64,000 nucleotides of DNA from assembly GCA_020137815.1 (NCBI GenBank), contig CM035359.1, positions 6,138,001 to 6,202,000 on the forward strand. The letters are read 5' to 3'. Position 1 is the first letter of the stretch. Every line of letters begins with the position of its first letter. Below, piece after piece: positions 29,088-41,700 of this stretch. This DNA is from Hormiphora californensis. Its lineage: Eukaryota > Animalia > Ctenophora. The position numbers and the translations under genes are program-made. A model generated the notes under the pieces. That model was not told where the DNA came from. It saw nothing but the letters and a program-made list of their open reading frames with translations, and searched no databases.

Positions 29088-32000
29088 ATGTTTGTGTTAA
29101 CAGCCTTGTTATGGTAGGTCTTCTGAACGGATAACACTTACGGTGTTACTAATAAAACGAATCCTTCAGGCTAGTTAACGAAGCCACCTGCAAGCCAACA
29201 ACATTCCGCTTCACGACACAACCAAGATCCCAGTTCTTCACCACCTCCATCGCTGAGGTCAAATTAAATTGCATTGCAGAAAACGGACTATATGCTGTTC
29301 GGTACACTTGGTACCGTTCTGCGCAAGTTTCAATGCCGCCCCGAGAGAGCGATAGGCTGGAGTTTGGTTCCAGCTCGATATCTGTTAATGTCTCTCGAGG
29401 GGACGATAAGTCATTATTTCAGTGTGCAGCAGAGTCCAATGGGCAAACAATATTTAGTGACGCCGCCAAGTTATCAAGTCAATGTAAGTATTATAAGGTG
29501 CTCCAGCTCCAGAATTCTTTTTAATTAATATTATTGGGTCATTGAATAAATAGTATCTGAGTTCAACTCATATCAGGAAGAATTTTTGAGATTTTGACCT
29601 TAAATTATATTTCCAATCTCAGATTTAGAATTTGGTGGAGTACCGGTTGATAGAACAGTTGTTATATCAACAGCAATAGATGCCATAGCAACGGCATTTT
29701 CCTGCCTTGAACAAGCTAGACAAGTTTCCAGTGACCAGCCTTTTCAAGTGGCATGGTATAAAAACTCTGAAAGTATTGTTACTAAACGAGATACTAATGC
29801 TTGGGTAAGGATTGTTTCATATATGTTCCTCTTTATATTATTATTATTTATTATATTATTAGCTGAGAATCGTACATAGTTATGAAATGGTTTGGTGTTT
29901 CACATTTTTACACTTCAATGTAAATAACCTAAAACAGATTTCCCCTACCAAAGATTAGTCCAAAGTCAGCAACAATAAAAGTTAGAAGATTGGAATCTAC
30001 GGACTCAGCAGAAGACTCTTTACTAAGAATTGAGAGATATGATCTTGTGATTTTTAATCTCAGAATGAAGGACAATGGCCCCTATTTTTGTCGGGCGATC
30101 CAGGGGGATAAGAGTATTACTTTGGGTGTCTGGAATCTCGCTGTCTCTAAACGTAAGATATATCCCTGGATGACAAACTACAAACATAGTGCCGTTCGTA
30201 AGATATATATAAATGTTTTACTGTAGATCAGTTCATAGAATTGTGTATGATGCACAGAAAAAGGTGCAGATTTACAAATCGTCTACTCCCCCAGAGTTTG
30301 ATGACTCCCTAAAGTATCTGATTCTTAATCCAGTAGTGGGGTACGTTACTCAGAGTGTCAATCCAATCACAGGAACACTGGATAATCAGGTATTTAGTTG
30401 TGTGTGACTCTCTTTGTGCCGTCTTTGATTTGTTTGTCTGTCTGTTTGTCTGTTTGAGGAACAAACTTTTTGTTTTAATTGAGCGGCATGACAGAGTATA
30501 ATTTGTTCCATGTTCGTAAACGGTTGCTATTTTTAGCATCATTTGATATATTGTGCTGTATATCGTAATTGAAATTAATTTGCGAAGTGGGTGAAATCAA
30601 CGATAATTAACGTTGTTTGTTTCTCAATTAAATAGTCGTGTGTAATTTCTTTCGGGCGGGGCTGACTTCAAATAAATTTCACCGTGCCAAAACCGGTTTT
30701 TGGGCCCCTTTTAAGAATCTTTTTGAGTGAATATGTGGAAACCCAAATTTGGGAAATTGGGTTATTTATTTGGGGTGGTTTTTATATTTTCCAATTCCCC
30801 CGAAAAAACTAAAAAGGGAAAAAAAAAATTTTTTGAAGGGGGAAAAAAAATAAGCTTAAAAACAAGGCAGGCCTTTTAAATTTTTGGGGCCTTACAATTT
30901 CCCAACTCTTTTAATTCCCAAATTTTATGACATTCCGGAAGTTTTTTTTAAGCTAAACCCACAACCCTTTCCCTTCTCTCCCCCAGGGGGGGCCCCTGAA
31001 AAAAGGGAATTTTAGGGGAAGGTGGGAAAAATTTTAAAAGGAAAAATTTTTTTTATTGGGGGTTTTTTTTGGAAAAAGGAAAAAAATTTTTGGGTTTTTT
31101 GGGGGGTTTGGAAAAATTTCCGTTGTTGTTTTGGGGGGAGGGGGGAAAGGGGGGGAATTTTAAATCAAAGGGGGTTTGGATTTTAAAGAAGCCGGTTGGG
31201 AAATTCAGAACGAGACCCCGAAAGGTTAAATGTAATTCCCCCAGGGAAAAAAGGGGGGGAAGGGAAAAAAGTTGGAAATTTTTAGGGGAATTTTTTTTGG
31301 GGAAGAAAAGCAAAAGGAAAAAAGATTTGAGGGACAAAATTTTTTTGGGAAAGGGGGAAAAAAAAAAGGAAGAAAAAGGGGAAAAAGGGGGAAAAAAAGG
31401 AAAAGGGCCCGGGGAAAAGGGGAGGGAGGAAAAAAAGGGGGGGGGGAGGGGAAAAAGGGGAAAAAAGGGGAAAAAGAAGGAGGAAGAAGAAAAGGAAAGG
31501 AGGGCAAGAATAAGGGGAAGGGGATAAGGGTCAGGCCCAAAAAAGGGGGAAAAAAAATTTTTTTGGGGAAAAAAAAGAGGGGGGAGGGGGGGAAGGAGGA
31601 GGTGGAAAGGGCAAAAGATATTTAAAAAAAATTTTCCCCCCCTTTTTTCCCCTTTCCCTTTTTTTTTTTTTCTTTTTAAGTTTGGGTTTTTTTGGAAATC
31701 CCCACATTCAAAAAGGGGTTTTTGGGAGACCCCTTTGGCCCCTTTTTGGGTTTACTGGGTGGCCCCTTTTCCCTTCAGGGGAAAATTTCCCTTTTGGGTG
31801 GGTTTCCCCCCGCCCCTTTTTCCCCTTTTCCCCCCCCTTTTTTTTTTTTTTTGGTAAAAGGTGAATTTGGAGAACCCGGGGGAAGTTTATTCCCCCCGGT
31901 TATTGGTGAAATTTTCCCAATATACTTATTAAAAGTGGAAAAAGCGAGGCCCATGAAGGTTAAATTGGGGGGGGTGGAGAGGAGGGGAAAAAAGGAAAAA

Positions 32001-32563
32001 AAAAAAAAAAAGGAGAAAAAAAGGGGGGAGGAAATAAAAAGGGGGAAGGAACCCCAAAAAAAATTTCCCCCGGGAGAAGGCGGGGAGGGCAGAGCGGGAA
32101 AAACGGGGGAAAAGGGGAAAAAAAAAAGGGGAAAAAAAGGAGGGAGGGGGGGAAAGAGAGAGAGAGAGAAGCGAGAGAAGAGAGAGAGAGAGAGGAGAGG
32201 ATAGAGAGAGAGCGAGAGGAAGAAGAAGAGAGAGAGAGAGGGGGTAGAGAGGAGCGAAGAGAGGAGAGAGGGGAAGCGAGGAGAGAGAGAGGAGAGATAG
32301 AGAAGAGAGAGAGGAGAGAGAAGCAAGGGATGAAGCAAGAAGAGAGAGAGAAGAGAGAGCTGAGTAAGATAAAAACTCTCTCTCTATCTCTTCTCTCTCT
32401 CTCTCTCTCTAATCTCTTCTCTTCATCTTTGTAACGTTGAAGTTTCTGAGAAATCCTGCAACAGTAGCTGAGAGAAAAGTGGTGATCATTGGGAGATCCC
32501 AATTTAGCCTTTTGGCAGTAATATTCTCTGTGATAGCCAATTATCTTCATTTACTAGGTAAAT

Positions 32564-32634
<71 letters not shown>

Positions 32635-33736
32635 GCTTTTTTTGCTGCTAACTGCGTCACGTACATTTCCGGTCCAGTAACACTGGTTCAAGTATTCCAC
32701 TTCCCAATCTGGTTTCATCTGAACAGCTGAATTATTTCCGTCATACTATATTCATTGATTAGCAGTGGAAATAGCAGAGAAGAAATCTATGCCAAGGTTA
32801 ATATTAGAGAGAGGGGAAGTGGAGACTGGAGAGGGTATAACACATAGATAGAAATGAAAAAAGATAGTGTAATGAACAGGAGTAAAAAGGTGAGAGGATA
32901 ATTAAAAAGTGTGCATAAGGTAATTGCCCTCCTAAAATAATTTCCCCTGGTCCGAGAAGCTGCTGGCGAGCACGCTCTCTGTCATTCGTAGCTGCCGGAC
33001 AAGCGGTGGGAAAAGTTGAGAAAACACGCACTTTAGAGATAGAGAGAGAGGGAGAGAGAAAGAGATAGAGAGAGATAGAGAGAGAAAGAGATAGAGAGAA
33101 AGGGAGAGAGAGAAACATAAAGAGGAAAAAATAGAGAGGAGTTTGAGTAAAGTGCAAAATAGGTCACTGCAATTATATAATTGGAAAAGAAGTGATTATG
33201 GACGGGTTATAATTGCACGGGTGTGGGCTAATGTGGTATCCTCGTAATGGGTAGACAATAAAATAATAAAATAATCCCATCTCAGATATTTGTGAAACCT
33301 AGAAAATTGAAGATTCTCATCATAACCTTTTTCCTGCACACTCTAGTTATACCCCATACACTGATACACTGGTCTGTGAACCTGAAGGAAGACGTGTTCA
33401 ACACTTTTCATCACCAGTTAATTAATTAGAAGTGCTAACTAGATCTAGGTTCTATCTGCATTCATCTTCATTTCTATATTTCAATAAGTGAAATGAGGTG
33501 CTGTAACAGGCAGGGACAGGTGTTGGCCGCCAATTTCATTTTGAAAGCAGGAGCGTGCACTGCAGTACAACTAATTAGCATATTGTCGTATCTCTCTATC
33601 TTTTTCTCTCTCTCTATCGTTCTTTAACGTAATACGTATTACCCTTCCTCTCTCTTCTTTTGTGTCACAAACCGATTCTTTAAGAAATGTGGGAGGTTCG
33701 TACGCATCAGCCATTATAATGAATGTCAATATATGC

Positions 33737-33809
<73 letters not shown>

Positions 33810-36800
33810 CTCTCATCTGAATCGGTCCGTAACAATTGGAATATGTCATGCCGTGTCAATGCCACTCACAGCATTCCCTTCGCATGCTAATTCTTGAAAA
33901 AACAACATTTTCCCCACGAGAGAGATTAAATTCCATCCTCAAATTGCTTGTCAAATCTTTCCTTGCTCGACCCTCTCTCACCGTGAACAAAACAAAATAA
34001 AACCATTTCATTTCCACTTAACTTCTCGGCACCCTCCCACGGGCCACTTCACCCCGGTAGAAAGGGTAGATTCCAAAAAACCATGACACAATCCTTTTTC
34101 CCCAAACCGTGACAAAACTTCAAAAACATAACACTATTTCTAATTTCCAGTACTCACGATAAAGGATGTCGAGTTTTCAGTGGAACCCCCTGAGTACCTG
34201 GGGTACATCATTGGCCAGACGGTGGGGGATATCAATGTTCCCTGTCAGCTCACTAACGAGAATCAGTTCAGGTACAGTTGACAAAGTGAAATTATAATTG
34301 GTTTAATTAAGTAAAATTCTAATTGGTTTAATTAATTTCACTTCTTCATCTAAACTTATAAAGTTATTGTGTCAATGCAGATTAGTCGTGGCCCCAAATA
34401 TTATGCCCCAAATATTATGCATAATTATGCAGGTGCTAAGTACATACTCAATCTTTGCCTGTCTGTCTGTCCATTAATAATTATTGTGTGTAATATTCCC
34501 ATGTTCCTTCTGGGGCCCAGTACGGTGCCAGAGCTGCTCACAAGCAACATGTGTAATAAAGCTTGTTACATTCTTCTGTTTTTCACTCTTATGTTTCTCT
34601 CTCTCTCTCTCTAGCTCTGTCTCTTCCTCTCTCTCTTCCTCTTTCTCCATCTCTCTAAATGATCGAAGAAATCACTATGGCCTATCTGAATCCCTGGACC
34701 CCTATCCAAATCCCTATCTGAATCCCTATTTGAATCCCTCTCTGAATTCCTAATTCTGAATCCCTAATTCTGAATCCCTAATTCTGAATCCCGTCCTCCC
34801 TAATTCTGAATACCTTCCTCCCTAATTCTGAATCCCTCTTTTTACAGAAAGAAGTTCTACGTGAATGGTGTTGAGATAGGGATGCCAATTGATGTGGCCA
34901 CTGCCAAGACAATGGCAACAAGTGTGGTCCAATGTGCCGTGACTGATCCCACTACAGAGATGATCTTCAAACAAAGATCCACTCAATTGAATATTATTAG
35001 TAAGTAAACCCTTGTGTTTTATAGTGAGTCACTGAGTCACACTAGATTAGGTTGTTGGTTTTTGACAGGGTCGTCTTAGCTGAAACATTTGTAATGTGAC
35101 TGACTGACTGAGTTCAAATAACTCAATGATTTCTTAAGAAATCATTGAGTTATTTGAACTCAGTCAGTCAGTCACACAGAATTCTTTGAACTGATCAGTC
35201 ACATAATAACTCATGTTTCATCATGATGTCGCAATGAGGACAGTTTAGATTTGTTGGACCAACAATGTTGGTGCTCGCAGCTGCATGCTGAACAATATCT
35301 TGCTGGCTCTCCTGCTACAGAGTTACTACAATCTAGTATCATGTGTGATTCCACCTGAAGCAGAGCTTGTTGTGTGGCACAACAAGCAAGTATTCCATTT
35401 CATTGGATCTCACTCTAACTAGTAGCCCCAGTAAATGAGGGTTACAGCTCCCGTTGCTCCAACCCCCCTCTACTAATGAGGGTTAGAACGATTATGTAGC
35501 AAGGATAAATGCCTAGTATCTCTCTTGATGAGCATGTAGTTGGCCAATGCAGTGCGTACTGCAGCCCTTTGTCGGTCACTCTTTATCAAAGCTTCCAATC
35601 CCAAACAAATGTGTATGTAGCCAAGCTTAGGAAAGTCATTGGGCTTGATGAGCCATCTAGAAAGAAGGGGGGGGGTTCTCTCTCTGGATTTATGATCTTT
35701 TGTTTAAAAACGACTGTCGACTTCCAAGTTTTACTTTACACAATTACCTGGGTAATGGAATAGTGATTTGAGATGGGAAAAGATCGAACACACAGCAATT
35801 AGGGAGATCTCTTGAGTTGGTCAAAGAGGATAATGTTTATAGAGAATGATTATCCCTGCATTGACTCGATTATATATCACCCATATCACGATGTGAATCA
35901 CCATTGTCAGGAACCGACCGAAACAAGTAAACAACCAATCAGAACTCGTTATTTAGGTCACATGACTGGTTATCAGCCAATCAGGGACCAGTATTTCCTG
36001 ATTCGGTCGGTTCCTGACCATTATCCTTCATTCCAGGTGAACCGGTGATCGCCACCCTGTATGGGGATTACATTGGAAACCTGGTTGGCAAGAACACTCT
36101 TCACATCTACGAGGGGGAGAATGTTACCTTTACATTTGATGTCCAGGCTTCAGGTCCTTACAAGGTGAGTAATAAGCAACCCCCCCCCCAATATCTCTCC
36201 GGAGGTCAGCTCGAAACTCCTTCCCTAATTTCACTCTGAATCCAAGTCAATCCGAGCTGCATTTACATGTAAATTCCAGCTCGGATTGACTTGGATTCAG
36301 AGGTTGTTGTAATTACAATTCCCTGACACTTGACAGGCAACTTCCTCCCGACCCCTACCCCAGATATAACTTCAGACCTAACTTGCCTAACTCCCTTCCA
36401 ACTTCTCCCTAAAGTGTCACAGACATGGTGAACTCACTAACAACCTAACTTCCCTCCCGATCCCAAACCCGAATATTTTCCTTTCAGACGACCCTGTTGC
36501 AGTTACAACTCCCTGACAGTAACTTCTCTCCCAACACCGAATTCTAACTCAGCTGTCTCCCAGACAACTCTGTTGTCATAACAAAACTTCTCTGCCAGAC
36601 CTAACTCCCTTCTCCCTGCCAGACGACCCTGTTGGTGGATGGCCAGCCCAGCACTAGTTGTGAGGATGGAGAGAGCCATTTCTATAACGCCAGGTGTATA
36701 GTTGAAAATAACCGGTACTCCATAACCATCACAGACTTCTCCGGGATCAATCAGAGGTAATATATGAGGGGAGGTTGAGGGATCAATCAGAGGTAATATA

Positions 36801-38645
36801 TATGAGGGGAGGTTGAGGGATCAATCAGAGGTAATATATGAGGGGAGGTTGAGGGATCAATCAGAGGTAATATATGAGGGGAGGTTGATCAGGGATCAAT
36901 CAGAGGTAATATTTTGAGGCGAGGTTGAGGGATCAATCAGAGGAAATATATGAGGGGAGGTTGAGGGGGGTTAGATTAGTTATATAACAGCTGCATTATG
37001 GGGCAGCACCTCATGACGGATCAGAGGTATACGGGCCATTTCAATTAACCAATGGGAACTGGGAAGGAGAGGATGATAAGGGTTGGAGGCTGGGGTCATG
37101 ACTCATGGTTGTCTTGGTTTCGACCCTCACTGTGCACCGTAAAGAAGGGTTAGAACATAGGATATTATATCTTATGATTGCCTTTCTTAACCCTATCTCA
37201 CTGCAAGGGTTAGAACATAACAGGGGTTATGGTGTGGGTGTAGTGTCCCTATAACAGCTGCAATCTGCATGATGAGGACAGCTGTTTATCTGAGAGTGTA
37301 CATGGATGATGTTTTACAGAATATAGCTCATTTTATTGCAAAGTCGATCTGGAGCTGGTTATTATATCCCTTCACCACTTTGAAAGATTTGGAAAATATT
37401 TGGAAATTCAGGAGGGGAGGGGGTCAGGTTTTGTTAGGTGAAAACTGGTAAAATATCCCACTGTTATGTTATTACAAGATCACCTAACGAGGGTAAGATT
37501 ATGATCAAGGTTATCCCCCAGATCATCAGGAATCTTCCCACCCCCCCCCCCTCATTGGTTGAATCATCCCATTCGTCTCCTGTCAATATATTTGTCAGAG
37601 AGGGATCTGCAGCGGGGCTGAGGGGAGGAGCAAAGTGACTGATTTATTGACCCATTTAATGAAGTCTATCTGAATTCCATTCATGTCTTTTCTCTCAATC
37701 ATATCCTTGATATTCTCTCTCCTTGTATCTCTCTCCTTCACTATCAATCTCTTTTTATCTCTCCCCCTCCCTTTTTGTCCCTGTCCCAACATCACTCCCC
37801 ATTGACCCCTCCCACCGATTACAGTCCCTCTAAAATGACAGGTTCCTTTCACATCCCCGAGTTCTCCAAAGCCCTATTTTTCAGCATCCAACAAAACATA
37901 CCTGGTACAGTGTAAGTAGTAAAATGGCCCTGCTATCGACGCCACACGCTTATTATCGCTAAAAGCAGTCCGCTTCCCGATACTCGCTACCAATCAGAAG
38001 CCTCCCTTTATCTAGCCATATCTATCCCAACACCATATAATTCCCCTTTATTAGCGGAACTGCAGCTTTGCTGTTCCTGACAAGGGGCCGAGAAGGGGGA
38101 AGGAGGGGAAGGATGGGTGGGTTTAGTCGCATTGGGTTCCTCTAACCCGGAATAGAAGATAGTGTAATATTATCCATTCAACCCTTCCCTGCAGGATATA
38201 CAAGTTCAAAGTGGTATCAGAGTACTTCGTAGGGAGGATGGGAGGGAAGAAGTATGAGAATGGATCCTTTGAAGACAACGCCACGGTCCAACTTGTCCTA
38301 GGTATGTCATATTATCATAGCCCATGGCCCACTGAGATACACAAGTGATATATAAACTGCTGGCACCATTTACAACTTTATTTTCGACTTTCCAATTCAA
38401 CAATTCTTTCTAACAATGATTGCTTCACCCCAGAGGGTCCCTAGTGGGAAGTGCCCCATCTAGTATCATAGCGTCCCTATAATTGTTTGTCTGCACGTGC
38501 TATAACACCTCTCACAATTATAATCGTGGGAGAACAAAGATTCACTAAATGCATTTCTTGCATTTCTTTGTGGTCCCTGGCCGCTTGTAGCAGCTCGTGC
38601 TGAGAGATCCATTAGTGGGGAGCAGGAACACAGTTTCCATAACAT

Positions 38646-38707
<62 letters not shown>

Positions 38708-41700
38708 CTGTCGTCTTTTATAATGTTAATGTGGGAGCTGCCCGGCGGTGTGTCAATGAGAGATAGAGCTGAGGTATATGTTTTTATGAATGATCATTCT
38801 CTATAACTACATTACATTCTCCTTCACTCCTCCCCTGGTGTGTCAACTTTTATCATGATTATGATGATAGTTGTGGCATTGTAGAACACCATGATATTGA
38901 CCATGATAGTTACAGAACAGAGATCTCTTTCCCACTTTTCAAATCCATATCTAACAATATTTCCTGCAAAAAGAGATCTCTATAATGTCTGTCCAGTGTC
39001 CATATAACACGTGTGTCTGCCCAGGAATAGTGAATACCATCCTGCTCTCACATACCTATAGTCTACACCATATGTGCAGTAGTCAGCTCCAAGTACACAT
39101 GCTCATAAGCGGTTCTTTCTCTTTACCTCTCTCTCTCAACAGTTTCTAATGAGCCATGCTTGTTTTGACTAATACCCATAACAAGTTCAACACATTCCTC
39201 CATAATAGCACGTGTAGTGTATGAGCTGTACACACAGATCTGCTGTTGCTGTAATAGGGTGATAATTGGAGCATACACACGTGTTAAGTGTTAACACTGA
39301 AAAAAATAAAACAAACTGTAAAACACTGTCTAACGTCACGATGACATGTTCAATATTGGATGAAAAGTTATCATCATGTTATGTTGGACATGCAGGGATA
39401 AGATACCCCTCTCTCTCTCTCGGTCCAGTTCCCTCCCCCAGTATTTTGACCGCGTTCCGTGTTTCATGTTGACCCATGTTTTCAGAGTTACCCTGTACAG
39501 CTACAATGACCATATTCCCGCCCCTATCCGGCACTATTATAACCGGTGGTAAGATGATATCTATCATTATGTCTTAATGACAAGATGCCCGTCAGATGCC
39601 CGTTACAAATCACATAATCTGCCCAATGCCCGTCTGTTTTTGGTGGCTCCGTATCACACATACTACCCCATCAGCCCTAACATGTAGCATCACTATTGGA
39701 TCTTTACATGTTAGACTAGACTAGACTAAGACGCGTACAGTTATCTTTTAGACATTAACAAATTGCTCAAGATCAGCACCTAAAAAACGATATTTCAGGG
39801 CATTTGCTTTGTTTCTTTTACATATCAGCATCTTCTTATATATGGTATCCCAGCATCCACCAGCAATGATCAACGTTGGTTCTCCCGGAGTTCTTTTCAG
39901 TGTACATTTATCTATGTTTTCCACAGGGTAGAAGCAGTAATCACAACTACGTAAAAAGCTTGTACTAGACCCACCCCTATCGTATGAATATGGGTTTGGT
40001 ATGGGTTCTTACAATACTCTCTCCCCCTCAGTGAAACAGTGCGAGTCCACAATGGAGGTTAACCCACCCAAATTGGCTGTCTACAACTTTGGGACAACTG
40101 TAACCCTGACATGTGAGGCCCGGGGGTACCCGTTACCTAAAGTAACCTTCAACCATGATAATGTAGAACTTGGAAAGTGGGGTGAGTTAGGAAACTCAGA
40201 CAAGGAGATTCCATACTTCTTAGACAGGCCGGATTGTGCTACGCTAACCTCCTAACCACCTCCCCCTAACCCTCTCCCTCGCTCCTCAGAGTCCTCCTGT
40301 AGACGGAGACCAGGGAACAACACCTAACCACCTCCCCCTAACCCTCTCCCTCGCTCCTCAGAGTCCTCCTGTAGACGGAGACCGGGGAATAACACCTAAC
40401 CACCTCCCCCTAACCCTCTCCCTCGCTCCTCATCCCTCGCTGTGTTAACGGAGACCGGGGAATAACACCTAACCACCTCCCCCTAACCCTCTCCCTCGCT
40501 CCTCAGAGTCCTCCTGTAGACGGAGACCGGGGAATAACACCTAACCACCTCCCCCTAACCCTCCCCCTCGCTCCTCAGAGTCCTCCTGTAGACGGAGACC
40601 CGGGAACAACACCTAACCACCTCCCCCTAACCCTCTCCCTCGCTCCTCATCCCCCACTCTGTTAACGGAGACCGGGGAATAACACCTAACCCTCTCCCTC
40701 TAACCCTCTCCTTCGCTCCTCAGAGTCCTCCTGTAGACGGAGACCAGGGAATAACACCTGTGAGCTGGTGCTCAGCAAGTACTCTGATAATGGCCGATAT
40801 GAGTGTGTTGCCTCAAACGATATCAGGAGAAAGAAATACAGTTGCAACGCAGCCAATAAAGTCAGCATAACTTTCAGTAAGAACTTGTGGGATTTGGTGG
40901 TGGGATCTGTCAAACTTCTGGCTTCTATTCTTCTATTCTTTTGTACCGTTTTTAGCCGGGGTCCTGGGGTGGGTAGTTGAATAAATTTATCTACTGCTGC
41001 AGTAGTGAAGTTCATCTGATTTACCGGGCCTTTACTACTGTGTGTTTTTAAATGACTGGGACTGTTCAAATCGACATAGCGTCAAAAGTTGTGAATATTT
41101 TGCTCTAATATGAGTGTGTTGCATCAAACGATATCAGGAGAAATAAATACAGTTGCAACGCAGCCAATAAAGTCAGCAATTTGTATAATATCCCTCAACT
41201 GTATTGAGCTTGGTAAACTCCTGAAATTCATCTTATTACTGGGTCGCGGGTGGATAAGATGAATGTCAAGGCTCGCTCACTACACCATATGAATTGTTAT
41301 TCATAGTTACAAAAGGTAGTTTAGTTTCACTTGCGTCATATTATGCCTTTATACTGAGTAACATGTGTGCCTGGTCGTATGTCCACCTAAACGTCTAGAT
41401 TTAGACCAGTCTTTTGTGCCTAACTATACTCCTAACCTCTCTATAGCTCTCTCCAAAAGACTTTATCCAAAAGTCAGAAAGTCTGTGTCGACAAGTTGGG
41501 TAAAAGTTTCTCGTCTAATTCTTTCTCTCTATTTCTTTCTCAATACAAGCAGCCTTCTACCAACTGTATAATTCAGCCGACTAAATGGATCAATTTCCCA
41601 GCGGGCAAGCCGAATGTAACCCTGAAAGTGAGTGAGAGGGGTGGGGAGACATTGGCCCACTGCGTTGTAGAGGGCAACCCTGCACCATCCAAAATATTCT

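Noticed and set aside
37842-37911. GACAG|...|GTAAGT 70-nt exon candidate in the Ig gene
   Set aside because: It would break the phase 2 to phase 2 join between 36756 and 38195, which already gives a sensible Ig strand.
40249-40760. CRISPR-like array (also 36743-36965 and 27450-28270)
   Set aside because: No unique spacers, no cas genes, and eukaryotic intronic context; these are tandem repeats.
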